Shown here piece by piece: positions 1-12,710 of a DNA stretch of 64,000 nucleotides. Position 1 is the stretch's first letter. Each line of letters begins with the position of its first letter. The stretch spans positions 52,328,001-52,392,000 of the forward strand of contig OZ024740.1 in NCBI GenBank assembly GCA_964016885.1, in the 5' to 3' direction. Under the pieces are notes generated by a model. That model was not told the origin of the DNA, made no database searches, and saw only the letters and a program-made list of their open reading frames with translations. This DNA comes from Eledone cirrhosa. Taxonomy: Eukaryota. A program made the translations under genes and the position numbers.

Positions 1-1
1 A

Positions 2-376
2 CAAATATACTATACATACATCAACAAAGAAAACAAACAATTACGCAACATAATACATAATAACCCTGCGGTACAAACCGTAGGGTCTGACTTTAAAATC
101 GCAGAGAGACACCCTAAACTAAAAATGGTAAAAGTCCCTCTGGACATTTATAGAACACTCAGAAAAACTTACCCGGAGGACGTAGGACCACCCTGTGTGA
201 AACCGGTCAATCGCGTCCTCCTAAATGATTTCCCCATTCCAAACACCCGCTCAACTCCAAACACCCCAACCCCACCACACACTAATACCCCCACACAACC
301 ACAAAACACCACCCCACCCAACAACACCACCCCCATGGAAGTTGTGCAGCCCGGTCCATGCGACACAGTGAGGTAG
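2..376 (+). CDS. C-terminal part of Tx1 ORF1 (Pro/Thr/Asn-rich tail), open from the window edge
   Basis: Frame is open from base 2 to TAG at 376, 30 nt before the ORF2 ATG at 407. Confidence 0.6.
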   Translation, partial: QIYYTYINKENKQLRNIIHNNPAVQTVGSDFKIAERHPKLKMVKVPLDIYRTLRKTYPEDVGPPCVKPVNRVLLNDFPIPNTRSTPNTPTPPHTNTPTQPQNTTPPNNTTPMEVVQPGPCDTVR

Positions 377-406
377 GCGACCCCTTTTCTTTACTCTAGC
401 TCAAAC

Positions 407-3400
407 ATGACTCGATTGAGAGTTGGCTGTCTGAATGTGCATGGCCTGGGCTCGGCTTGGAAGCAAGCTAAGCTTCAAAACGACCTCAGGTCGCGCGGTG
501 TAAATATGATGGCGATTTGCGATTCCCGGATCAGCAGCGTACGACAGCTGGCCCCCGCCTTCGATGACTTTGAGATGCAAGCATCTATCTGTCAGCCCAG
601 AGGTGGGGGTGGGGTTGTCGTACTGCTGCAGAAACATCTGGGTCTCGCCGCACAGATTGTTCACTCGGATCGGGAGGGCGATTGTTGGTGCTGGACGTTG
701 ACAGTGGTGAAGGCGAGGCCTTTAGGCTGGTGGCCGTTTACGTCCCCTTCGGGGCAGAGCGTCCCGACTTCTTCCGGCGCCTAGAGACTTTTCTAGGGAC
801 GTCCCGTTCCCTGCTTTTAGTGGGGGACTGGAATGGTATCCTAGATGCACGTTGGAACTATGCAGGGGCATGTCCCGATAGAGGGGGGTGTCAAAGCCTC
901 AAGGAGTTACTCGGCCGATTTGACAAGGCCGATAGATTTCGACTAGATTGTCCGAATGCCCTAACCTGGACTTGGACCAACCGCACCGGACATCTAGATC
1001 GTACCTAGATAGGATGCTAGTTAGAGTTAAGGATAGGGACCTAATAAGTTGTCCAGATATGCTCATGGTTGACTATTCAGATCACAAACTAGTGACCTGT
1101 ATGGTCAACCTTGATAGAACCCATAGACAGGGACCCGGTTACTTGAAGCTCAACTTGTCCCTACCGGCAAGGGGAGCTTACAGGAACCGGATTAGTACTT
1201 TAGTTAAGGAACGGTTGACGGGTGCAGTCGTCAACAGCAGGTGGTGGGTATCTCTCAGGAGAGAGATTAGATTAGTGTCGATAGGTTATAGTAAGGAACT
1301 AGCCTCGGATAGGAATAGAAAGGAAAGGGAGTTGATAGCTAATGTAGAAGAGGCATTTAGGAGCGGAGACGTTGCCAAAGTGCTAGCGTCGAGAACGGCC
1401 TTGAGCCAGTTTTTCGACGCGAAGCACAAAGGCTGCGTCGTCCAAAGCAAAATGCGTGCGCTAGGAAACGAGGGGACCAAAGCTGTTAGCTGGGCCCGCG
1501 TGACAGAAGCCAAGAGTGGAATTAAATCCGCCATCCGGTCTGTGTGAGACCAGGATGGACGGACGATCCTTGAACCTGAGCAGATGTGTGAGGCCTTTCA
1601 GGAGTACTTCGCTCAATTGTTCGGGAGGGGCGGGTGGCCGGACGGGGGTGTGGATTTCGGTCCATACCTCGACGGCCTGCCGCGTCTTTCGAACGAGGGG
1701 GCGAGGTCCTGTGAGGGGCCGATCTCATCTTCTGAAATAGGGAGCGTGCTAAGCCTATGCGGCAAGCGCAAATCTCCAGGCTTCGATGGTCTGCTCTACG
1801 AATTCTATATTAGCATGCTGGACTTGTTCTCCGATCTCCTCGAGGCGGTCTACTGCAACTGGCAACAGAGCGGGGGAATTCCCCGTTCTGTGACCAAGGG
1901 CGTAGTCTCGCTAGAGAGGAAGGACGAGAGCAATGGGGACGATATTAGTAATTTTAGGCCCATAACCCTGCTTAATGCAGAGTTAAAGATTTTGGCCAAT
2001 GTCCTAGAAAGAAGTTGGCGCTTATCGTGGGAGGACTGGTGGGAGATGCGCAGACATGCGCTATCTCGTCCAGGTCCATTCACAACAACTTCCACCTCAT
2101 GCAATACATCATAGAGAGGGTTGGGAACGAACCCTGCTTTGGTGGGGCCCTGATCAACTTGGATCAGTCTAAGGCATTCGATAGGGTCGACCATCGTTAC
2201 CTGGATGCGGTGCTAGGGGCGGCTGGTTTCGGGCCCGTTTTCAGGGGCTGGATCTCTGGCATGCATAGCAGCCGCATCTGCTCTAGAGTCAAGGTGAACG
2301 GCTACCTCTCAGAGCTGTTCGAAATCGCCCGCTCCATCCGACAGGGGTGCCCTCTCTCCTCCCTTCTGTACGTATTGGCCCTCGAGCCTCTGCTGCGGAA
2401 GTTGGAGTTGCTGCGGAGCATACCCTTGGAACTGGGATTGCACAAAGCGATGCCGGCCTACGCCGACGACGTAACGGTAATGGTGTCGACCGCCTCAGAA
2501 ATCGGGGCAATCGGCACCTTACTTGAGGAGTACGAAATGTTGACAGGAGCTAAACTGAACCGGGACAAGTCGATCGGTTTGCAATTCGGAACGTGGAGGG
2601 GAAAACCGATGCCCTCCGATGGCGTCGTCGGACGCTGGACGGAGGGACCGGTGAAGTTACTCGAGGTCTGGTTTGGACCGGACCTCCAGGTGGAGAAGCA
2701 CTGGGGCGAGGTTTCGATCAGTGTCTTTGCGCTGACCCAGAAGTGGGCCAAGTGCAAAATATCCCTGAAAGGCCGGAGGTGGCGAACGCTTATATAGCGT
2801 CTGTCATCCACTACCGCTTGACCGTCGTGCCTTGCCCCAAGAAAACTCTCGACCTTATGGAGCGCACGCTCTTCCGATTCCTTTGAAAGGGGCGGCCTCC
2901 TATGGTGAGGAGATCCATCTGCTGCCAACACCGTCTGAAAGGAGCATTGGGGATGCCGTGACTACTGATGCGTAAACACGCATTAATGCTACGGCACCTC
3001 CAGATATTCCTCACCGGGCAACCGGTGTGGGCCCCGTTTGTGAGACGAGCCTTTCCGAGACTCGTCTCGCTTACCGAGCTGCAATCCTGGGTAAAGCGAA
3101 GACGGAGAAAACTGGGCGCCTGGCAAACTGAGTGTGCCCAGGCGCTCATGGCTCTCTGGCAAGTGGACCCGGCTATCAGTGGAGATTCCACCTTGACATT
3201 CTATAGAGGGCTGGTGGCTAGCGGGGGCGACGACGCCCTTGGCGAGTCCCTAGGCATGGAGGAAGACGAACTTGTCAGCCTCTTCGGTAGGACATTTGGC
3301 CCGGGACCTATGGACAACTTCCAGAGGTCCCTGGCCTGGCAATGCTACCGAGGGGCTCTGCCTGTTCGAGAAAGGCTCTACAGACACGGGTGCCCGGGCG

Positions 3401-3809
3401 GGGATCTCTCGCGAAAGAACTGTCCCAGATTCCTGCGCGACGAGGAAACCGTTGCGCATGCACTGGTACAATGCCCTGGCATTGCCGATCTGCGGGGCTA
3501 TCTCGAACGACTGCTGTCACGGGTGGCGCCAATCCGGTTGACCACCGAGTCCATTGTGACGATCAAGCCGCCTCCCCGCGTCGAAAACGAAGGAGAGGCG
3601 GTCTTTCTGTGTGGTGGACGCGACTGAAAGGGATGAGGTCGGGTAACTTTCTCTCCGTCCAACAGCTGGTCCTCTTCTTCCGATATCACTTCGGAAGAAG
3701 GATCAGGGTGGAGAGAGAGGCCCTTGGCCCCAGCCAGTTTTATGAAAGGTGGGTGAAAGTGGCGAGAATGGCCCGTGTGAATGGGCCTTCTCTCTATATC
3801 AGTCTGTAG
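407..3809 (+). pseudogene. Tx1 ORF2 (APE endonuclease, reverse transcriptase, CCHC), frameshifted and with stops
   Basis: LNVHGL, GDWN, SYLDR and SDH (APE); KSPGFDGL, FRPITLLN, DQSKAFDRVDH, RQGCPLS, YADD (RT); CPRF..EETVAHALVQC; spread over several frames. Confidence 0.92.
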
Positions 3810-4007
3810 AGGTAAGAGAAGAGGGGAGCACACCCTCTCTGTGCTCCCTGGCAGAAGGGTCGCACACTTTTTCGGGGGTGTGTGTGACCCCAAAACGCTT
3901 CCTTCCTATTGAGGACTTAATTGTTATATTTTAATTGTTATTTTTATATGTACTCGATGTTTGTAAAACGTCCCCCACTCAATGCCCTGGTGGCAAATAA
4001 AGAAATT

Positions 4008-4412
4008 ATATAAATTACCACCAGACTGTCCCTCTCTCTATATCTGCTATACAACACTATCTCTCATTCCCTCTCACTCTATCCGTCGCCACCAAACTCC
4101 TCCCCTCTCTATATCTACTACACAGAACTCTCTTCCAATATCCCTCTCTATATCAATTAACCCATACTCTCCCCCTCTCTATATCGGAACTCTTTTCCAA
4201 TCCCCTCCTTATATCAATTAACGCTAAACTATCCCTCTTTCTATATCTACAACACGGAACTCTTTTCAAATTCCTCTCTCTATATCAATAAACATCAATC
4301 TCTCCCCCTCTCTATATATATACTATACAACACACTCTCCCAACCTTCATCTCTATATCAATTACCACCAAACTCTCCCCCTCTCTATATCTATCTCTCC
4401 CATCTCTCTCTA
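4008..4412. repeat. Degenerate pyrimidine-rich minisatellite
   Basis: Recurring ctctctatatc-aatta/ctac...aaactctcccc and ggaactcttttc units. Confidence 0.7.
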
Positions 4413-4765
4413 CATAACATGTACATAAATTGTAGCGCATATACAAATAGATGTGTGTTTTGGTAGTTTGGGGAGAAAATATAATTATTAGGGGGTAATG
4501 ACCTCCCCTCTGGCTCCTCCAATTCCACCGCCCCTAATATATGAAACTATTAACTTTAATTTATAGTTATCGTTTCTTTCTAGGTGTAAACATTTTCGTC
4601 GCATTATCTGCTACTTTCTCAACAAAATTCACCTCAGAAATTTGGTGATGAATTTGTATGCTGTTAGAAGATTTGACTGCAGATGTTTCGAACACATGCC
4701 ATTATCAATGTGAGGTTATAAGATTCTTGATAAACAGATTCCTCTATATTATTTGAATAGCCAAA

Positions 4766-4950
4766 AGGGCGGTGGATTGGCAGTATCGGTAGAGGGTCGA
4801 ACGCCATGCTTTCCAGCATAGTTACGTCCCTTTACCATCTGAGTTCAAATCCCGCCGAGGTTGACTTTGCCTTTCATCCTTACGGGGTCGATAAAATAAA
4901 GTACCAGTAATGCACTGGTAATTGCTGGCCTTGTGCCTAAAGTAGAAACA
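4766..4950 (+). mobile_element. tRNA-derived SINE, family 1, full length with 18-bp TSD
   Basis: A-box-like tggcagtatcgg, B box gagttcaaatcc, body gcctttcatcc..ggggtcgataaa..gtaccag; TSD attatttgaatagccaaa at 4748-4765 and 4951-4968. Confidence 0.92.
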
Positions 4951-5269
4951 ATTATTTGAATAGCCAAATTAATATAGATGTGCGCTTCCACCAACCAAGA
5001 CATTAACTAACACTGTACGTAAATAGATTTGAATTTGATGCGATACAGATGTACATAGATCCCGTTTCATAAAGTAGAACTTGTACATATGGATTTCATA
5101 GATTTCTCTGTAAATAAACTTGGAGATTACCAACTAGTTGGACTGGATTCCATTACTTTGTCCTTTCTTGCGCGCGCGCACACACATACACACATACATA
5201 CATACATACATACATACATACATACATACATACATACATACATACATACATACATACATACATACATAC

Positions 5270-5356
5270 ATGATGGCTGCCCCCTCGTTATCGAGTATGG
5301 CCATTGCACGAGAAGAAAAACAAAAATAATAATAAATAAATAAAAATAAAAAAATA

Positions 5357-5390
<34 letters not shown>

Positions 5391-6520
5391 TATATATATA
5401 TGCATATACATACATATATACACACACACATACTCACACACACATATACACACACATACATTAATAACAATAACAACAAAAATAATAACAACAACAATAA
5501 TAATATACATATACATATATATATACGCACACACATAAGCATATCTACACACACACACACACACGATAGCAACTAACAGCGCTGCGATCGAATGTGGCTT
5601 TTTAGCCTAGCCAATGATCTAAAATGTCTTGCGCAGAGTCGGCAACCAAAACATTCACCGGGAATAGCCGGCTGTGGTTGGAGTTCGTGTACTTTTGCAT
5701 GTCGCTTGAGCCCTCCTGCTGATTTACATTCTCTACCACATGTTTGGCAAGCATGATGAGTAGCATCTCCAACAGCAGCCTGGTAGTCAACCACTGGTTT
5801 TACTTTATGACTGCGAAGATGACTTTCGAGTCCAGCTTTGCTTAGGCAGAGTCTCGCACAGACGCTGCATGTCAGCGCCATAGGAGGACCCTCGCCGTCT
5901 GGAAGTGCAACAGCAATGCCCTTCCTCACATCCCGCTTTACTTTCTCGTATGCGATTCGAGATGCCTCAAAGGCAACTTTGCCCTCATATACAGTCTTTC
6001 TCCATTTATTCAGCAGCAATATTTTCCCATGTATCAGCAGAGATGTTAGCGTCTTTCAGAGAGGCTTTCAAGGAATCCTTATACCCATTTTTTGGTTTAT
6101 GTGGCGGTCGTTTTCCTTTAACCAACTCTCCATAAAAGAGTTGTTTTGGTATTCTAGAATCCTTCATCCTGGCAAGGTGACCACTCCAACGGAGTCGTTG
6201 CTTAAGCACAAGAGCTTCTATACTGTCACACATAGATCTTTCCAAAATTTCGACATCACTGATGTGGTCCCTCCAGTGAACGCCATGGATCCGTCTGAGA
6301 CACATCTGATGGAAACGCTCGCAGGCATAAAGAAGACAAGAGAGCACACATGCCCTGTACACCTTTACCTTTGTCCTCCTGCATATGTCTCGCCGACCCT
6401 AGAGTCGCCTTTCTAGCTTTCCGAAAGTATCACTTGCTTTCCTAATCCTAAGTCAGATTTCACTGTCAAGGTTGCTGTATCGATTGACAGTGCTTCCCAG
6501 GTAGACAAACTGATCAACCA
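5270..6520 (-). mobile_element. 5'-truncated RTE-clade LINE with three C-terminal C2H2 fingers, 3' end split by a microsatellite block
   Basis: RLRWSGHLARM..RIPKQLFYGEL..GKRP..P..YKD; CSVC..H..H, CQTC..H..H, CRLC..H; (TATG)n tail; 3' hairpin at ~5284-5295. Confidence 0.85.
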
Positions 6521-6604
6521 CATACATACATACATACATACATACATACATACATACATACATACATACATACATACATACATACATACATACATACATA
6601 CATA

Positions 6605-7012
6605 CATGGTCGCTGCCAACTCGTTTTCGAGTACGGCCACTACTTTATATCCATGTAGGAGAACCCCTACCGATGCGCTGAACGAGTGTGACTTTTTAGT
6701 TCAGCCAGCAACTTGAAAACTCTGGCACAAACACTACACTTGTGACAATTATTGACACAGTGCTGGGCCCTTGGTACCATGTGACGACAAGTGCAGAGAG
6801 ATTTCCAGATATAAAGCAATGCCTGTGCCGTGAAGCTTTTATAGTGAGCAAAGGCACTGCACAAAGCCAGTCCCACTCTCTTAACCAAGATGATATTTAC
6901 CAAAAAGAAGAACAAGTCAACATCATTGGATACCATCAGGGCTGCAGGTGTTATATCAGAGTTTTCCTTCTCCTAGAATTCTGCCTTGACAAAGGCTAAT
7001 GGGTCATCTCTC
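6605..7012 (-). mobile_element. Non-autonomous bipartite RTE derivative (5'-truncated copy)
   Basis: Near-identical to 7098-7500 and 23082-23490; RTE-like ctaggagaaggaaaactctg motif plus C2H2 remnant and (TATG)n tail. Confidence 0.8.
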
Positions 7013-7097
7013 CCATACATACATACATACATACATACATACATACATACATACATACATACATACATACATACATACATACATACATACATACATA

Positions 7098-7710
7098 CAT
7101 GGTGGCTGCCAACTCGTTTTCGAGTACGGCCACTACTTTATATCCATGTAGGAGAACCCCTACCGAAGCGCTGAACGAGTGTGACTTTTTAGTCCAGCCA
7201 GCGACTTGAAAACTCTGGTACAAACACTACACTTGTGACAATTATTGACACATAGTGCTGGGCCCATGGTACCATGTGAGGACAAGTGCAGAGAGATCTC
7301 CAGATATAAAGCAATGCCTGTGCCGTGAAGCTTTTATAGTGAGCAAAGGCACTGCACAAAGCCAGTCCCACTCTCTTAACCAAGATGATATTTTCCAAAA
7401 AGAAGAACAAGTCAACATCATTGGATACCATCAGGGTTGCAGGTGTTATATCAGAGTTTTCCTTCTCCTAGAATTCTGCCTTGACAAAGGCTAAGGAGTC
7501 ATCTCTCCCGGTGATTTTGGATGGCCATTGACTCTTAAGAGCTCCTTTGCCCTTTGACAGGTTTTGTTTTTAGTCCTGCAGGATGTCCAAAGTCACCCTC
7601 CTCACCAAGAAACCTTGGTCGGGTTGCCAGTTTAGTCGCCAACGACCCGACCATGTGACAGGTTGTACTGGGATACATGTTACCAGTAGCACCAACTGGT
7701 GACCTGACAT
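7098..7710 (-). mobile_element. Non-autonomous bipartite RTE derivative, full length (~610 bp), between (CATA)n tracts
   Basis: Same termini as 23082-23691 (5' atgtcaggtcacc, 3' ggcagccaccatg). Confidence 0.85.
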
Positions 7711-8199
7711 AACATACATACATACATACATACATACATACATACATACATACATACATACATACATACATACATACATACATACATACTGTGTGGATGT
7801 ATATGAAAACATAAATATATATATATATACAATAATCATATGAGTAGCCTCGCTATCAAAGTAAAATATTGTCAGAATGGTCAACAATGCCGACAGCACT
7901 TTTTCAAGATTTGTTAATATTTCATCAATGGCATTCAACCGGCATTGACTTGGAAATAGACTAGAATCTATATAACATTTTGTGCTGGGATGCTTATTTG
8001 CACATAATTTGAATTTCGCTGATTATAATTACTTAACAGTAGCTCTAAGACAGCGTTTAAACATATACTATATAAACATACACTATATATTTATTACTCT
8101 ATTACGTGTTCCAGCCGACATGGTGAGGCCATGCTGGGGCACTGCCATTGTATATAAACATATAGTATATTTTTATATATGTTTCTATAAGGGCCGGAT

Positions 8200-8630
8200 T
8201 TACAACGCCTGTGAGAGAAGCGTGTCACTCTGCGCCAGCAAGACCTATGATCTGCTAGATATGCGGTGTGACCACTGAGGATGATGTCAGTTCAACTGAG
8301 CTCCTGAAAAGACTGTTGATCAACGACCTTGTGGATATGCTTCACACGAGACGCATGCGCTAGTACGGCTATGTCGAACGCAGTGAGGGCTGGATCAGCA
8401 AAGTGACGAATGTCGATGGAAGAGTCAGTAGAGGTCCAGGAAGACCAAAAAGGACTTGGATGGAGGATTTCCGTCGGGTTCAAGCCAGGCTTGGCCTGGC
8501 CCAAGTGAGACCAGTGGACGGAAATACATGGGGCGGGACGCTAAGGGGCGTTTTCAGGCAGGACCTACCCAACTTAGGGATTAATTGTGTCCTACATAAT
8601 CAAAAACTGGATTATGATAATGATGATGAT
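8200..8630 (+). mobile_element. Old RTE-clade 3' fragment
   Basis: R*YGYVERS..VDGRVSRGPGRPKRTW; (GAT)n-like tail at ~8609-8630. Confidence 0.65.
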
Positions 8631-8749
8631 ACTCTATTATGCTTAAACGCTGTCTTAGTGCTACTGTCAATAAATTATACTCAACCAAGTTTGCATTATA
8701 TGCAAATAAGCATTCTCAGTCGATGTTGATTTGAAAGGGGTTATAATGT

Positions 8750-8860
8750 GAAAGTAATCGGTAGAGCGTCAGACAAAATTCTTTGCGGCATATAGTTGCG
8801 GCCCTATATGTTCTGCTTTGCCTTTAATCCTTACAGGGTCCATAAAATAAAGTACTATTG
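8750..8860 (+). mobile_element. Degraded SINE family 1 copy
   Basis: atcggtagagcgtc...ctttgcctttaatccttacagggtccataaaataaagtac. Confidence 0.7.
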
Positions 8861-8899
8861 GCTTAGTTGTGTGTTTTCATGATTTCAATGGACCAATGA

Positions 8900-9740
8900 A
8901 AGAAAATGCAAAAAGAAACAACATATTTACACAGGTTAAAACTCCTTCAGTCCAAAATACATGCAAGAACTTGATTCTTGGATTATATCTAAGATACAGT
9001 ACACTATTGGGATCCTCAAGTGGAATAAGGCTGCTGTTGGTGACATAGACAGCAAAATAAGAAAAATGTTCACCATGCATAAAGTATTACATCTAAAAAG
9101 AACGATCGACTTCCGTCAAATCAGACCGAGTAAACGATGTTCCCATTGGTCTTTTCAATTGCTAATACTGTCTACCGGTCGCAACGTGAAATAGTGTCTT
9201 GCTCAAGGACATAACGCACCGCCCGGTGCGGGAATCGAACTCACAATCTCACGATTGCAAATCCAATTCTCTAACCACTCAGCCACACGCCTTCACTAAA
9301 AGCCAGTGTAAATCAGCTGTACATAAAACGTACAGTTGGAAGAAGAGAGCTGTCAAGTTTTACAGAATGTATCGAGAATGAAATAAATTGAAACGTATGA
9401 CAAAATATACTAACTTGAAGATTGTAACTGCATGAATGTGGCCAATACCACCTAACAATATCAAGATAATTCCAGTTGTCAAGGAGATTTGGACTCAATA
9501 CCACTAAAAGTGTGATGGTGTCTGAAACCCGTAGACATGTAGACATTAAATCACAAATTGCTCTCCTCAAGAGACTGCCCTGTTGGACACTGCACATATA
9601 CTTAGGACAGGAATATACTGTCAAAGGTCCTTGTTGAGACCCATCAAACAATACAAGACCCACAATATATTTACTGCGCAAACAACCACCTTCACCAACA
9701 CCACCACAGAAAACATCGACAGCAAAGAACTAATAAAAAC
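8900..9740 (+). mobile_element. Old R4/Dong-like 3' fragment interrupted by a SINE
   Basis: IQYTIGILKW..IDSKIRKMFTMHK and KTALLDTAHILR resemble the end of R4 ORFs and the intact copy at 48-52 kb. Confidence 0.6.
9100..9295 (-). mobile_element. tRNA-derived CORE-like SINE, family 2
   Basis: Reverse complement: ggcgtgtggctgagtggttag (A box), gagttcgattcc (B box), tgtccttgagcaagacact (CORE-like); homologous to 31987 and 45887. Confidence 0.85.
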
Positions 9741-9759
9741 AACAACAATAATTTCTATT

Positions 9760-9950
9760 ATAGGCAATTTTGAAGAAGGGGGAAGTCGATCAAATTGACC
9801 CCAGTGCATTACTGGTGCTTTAATTTATCGACCCCGTAATGATGAAAGGCAAAGCTAATCTCGGCGGGATTTGAAATCAGACGTAAAGGGCCGTAACTCT
9901 ATACTGCAAAGCATAATGCCCGACGCTCAACCGATTCTGCCAATCCACCA
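9760..9950 (-). mobile_element. SINE family 1 copy
   Basis: Reverse-complement match to 4766-4950, long-tail variant. Confidence 0.85.
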
Positions 9951-11319
9951 ATAATCACAATAAAGATGATGATGATGATAATGGCGATTTCTTTATTTAT
10001 TTTTATATATATTTACAATAGCCACCACAATAATTTCAGTTATATTTAAAGCCGTATTTCATTTTCTCAAAGAAAAAAGAACACTCTCAGTAAATTTTCT
10101 CTTCTTTTATTTGTATTTCGTATTTATTAATTCCATCAATCGATTCTTTTCACTCGGAAGTAATCAAGACAAATCGTAACGTAAATGTCAAAGATATTGA
10201 AATTAGCGTCGTAATTATAATTTTGTTAGACAATTCAAACAATACGGTTAAACAGTTACTATAAATCATGTTTTAACAATTTTACTTCGAATTCTTAAAT
10301 TCTCACAATTTAGGATTTGATTAAAACTTAATTCATTCAAAACAAAAACAAAAACAAAATCTTTTGTGTTGCATGTAATTAGGTATATAGGTACTTATAT
10401 GCGGTACAATACAACACAAAATATATTCTATTCTTTTGTACGCACACACACGCACATACACACATACACATACACATTAATATATATATATGAGCGTGTA
10501 TAGTTATTTTCATATAGTTTAGATAGATAGATCAATAGAGAATTAGATGTGTGAGTGGGAAAACTACAAAGAATCTGGTTGATACAAATGTTAATAAAAC
10601 TTAAGCTATTGAAGCTGATTTCAAAATTCGAATTATAAAACAGTTGGTGTTCATTATCAAATAAATCTAATTTGTGTTAGAGAATATGTATCGCTTTTTC
10701 CATACGTATGTTTTGCTGTTCGATTCCACTGAGGATGATATATAGATAACATATAAATAACTTACAAATATTCTCTTGAAGTGTCACACAGTATGAGTTT
10801 CGTTCAGTTACGATGTAAGTTCAAATTTTTCTTTGTAAGATTAAGTATGTCTTAATCAAACTATCTTTTATTTATAGGTTTGTTATTGTCTACAAATTTT
10901 ATTGACTTTCCCATATTGGTGAGATTGATTCCTAGCTTGAATGTCAGCAAATCAATGTCTACTGGGAAACGTGGTGTTAGAATGAAGTGAGGATGAGCTC
11001 ATAGTGTTTGAAGCCACACCTTCGTACAATATCGGTGATTTATTTAATCATATATATATCATCATTACAACCAAACGAACATCGATGCTGCCATCACCAC
11101 AACCACTACCATCATCACTAACACAGTATAAACGTGTTTATATGTCTGGAAGAAGAAAACGAAGAGGAACAACAGAATTACAAGATCATCAAAGGTTGTG
11201 GCCCAGCGATTGTACACCACAGCCATGTTTCACTGGTTATAAACGTAAGGAATTAGCCAGGATCAATTGTGCCACGCAAATACATACACAATTACATACA
11301 CTAGCAGCAAAACCGCCCG

Positions 11320-11825
11320 CTTAGGGTCTACCTCCAGGTCCCTTGCCTATAAAATGTGTCGAGCGATTCTTTACTGAGACATTCTAACCACATGCTCATA
11401 ATATCGGATTTGTGAGCTCTCAATTCGGAGAAGTAGCGGCTCTAACAGGAGTGACTCTCTGGTCTCTGAGCTATGCACTTTATCGAGTAACATTATTCCA
11501 ATGACTCTTCGGAGGAATCCCATTTCTGCCGCTTTTATTTGCAATTGTATTCTTTTGGTCATTACTCAAGATTCATGATCCTCGGTAAGAGTTGGCAGGA
11601 ATAACAGGAAGACAGCGAGTTTGGCTTTTACACCTACCCCCTTCTTCTGATTGCTGCATGCTGAGGCTGGCGCATTACTGCATCAGCTTTTGCAATTCTT
11701 GCACTTAATTCACCCTCTTGCATTCCATCACTCATGAACACGGCTCCAAGATACTTGAACTTCTCTAACTGCTTCAGTAGAACTCCATTCACATGTATAT
11801 AAATTTGAGGGACTTCTGTCCACCC
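11320..11825 (-). mobile_element. RTE-clade LINE fragment
   Basis: FKYLGAVF..ELSARIAKA; AAEMGFLRRV..EPLLLRIE..RYYEHVVRM. Confidence 0.8.
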
Positions 11826-11991
11826 GTCCATCACACAATGTGTATGTGTGTTTGTGTGAATGTATGTGTGTAAAAGGAAGGAAAGGGATACACATATATA
11901 TGTCTCTAACTTAAAAAGAGTGACACACACACATGTCTCTAATTTAAAAACGCCGACAAAATCACACGCGCGCACATACACACCCTGTCCT

Positions 11992-12710
11992 ATTACCACC
12001 CAAGAGCTTTGGCCCGGGCAAACATCCCCTCAATTTTGAAACCGTCTGGGTTGTCCAGAATTGATGGGAAAAGACTTGACGGTCTTACTCTGTGCTCCTG
12101 GTCAAGAGGCAGGTGCCTTACCCGGGACGTCACAGTTAGTGACTCTTTTGCTTCTTCCCATATCCTCGATGCAGCGGTAAGGGCGAGAGCTACAGCATCC
12201 GCAGCTGAACGGAACAAAATCCTTAAATACCGTGTTCTGTCAGCTAACTAATTATCCAGCTTGTGGCGTTCGAGATGTTTGAGGGAGTCGGGCGACTGAC
12301 AGCGAGGTTCTTATCTTCACTGGTGGCTCACCAAACAAAAGTAACTGGTGATGCTCGTGAAGGCACTTGGTTGTTCAAGCACCCCAGCCTCGCCATCACC
12401 CCAGGTAACGCTGCGAGCGTGCTGGCTTGCCTAACAAATTATTAGAGAGGTTTCCCAGTGCTCCTCGCTATATTATTTTTTGCTCTGGTAGCGTCTCGTT
12501 TGTCCACACCTTTCGCCTGCCTTTTGTTGATGTGGTCTAAGATGTGGGTATTACGTGCTTGTGTATTTTTGTCTCTTTCTTTTTTCCCTTTCTCTTTCCT
12601 TTGTATATATTATATTTGTTAGTGTTTTCATTCTGTAACCTTTATATTAAATTTTTATACAAATGAGTTTTAAAAACAGAGTTTAACTGTGTTGTTAATA
12701 AATAAATAAA
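11992..12710 (+). mobile_element. CRE-clade non-LTR 3' fragment (restriction-like endonuclease and 3' UTR)
   Basis: PSGLSRIDGKRLDGLT..W..G..L..DVTV, K..KY, AFE..G and GNAASVL; (AATA)n end. Confidence 0.8.

Larger units (their letters stand above)
1..4010 (+). mobile_element. L1/Tx1-clade non-LTR retrotransposon (3' part of ORF1, decayed ORF2, 3' UTR with AATAAA)
   Basis: Two-ORF layout; ORF2 has APE, RT and CCHC motifs; AATAAA at ~3996 precedes the junction with a minisatellite. Confidence 0.9.

Noticed and set aside
7618-7710. HDV-like ribozyme at the 5' end of the RTE derivative (ccagt..gaCTAAactgg)
   Set aside because: Could not assign P1, P3 and P1.1 by eye; needs a descriptor search
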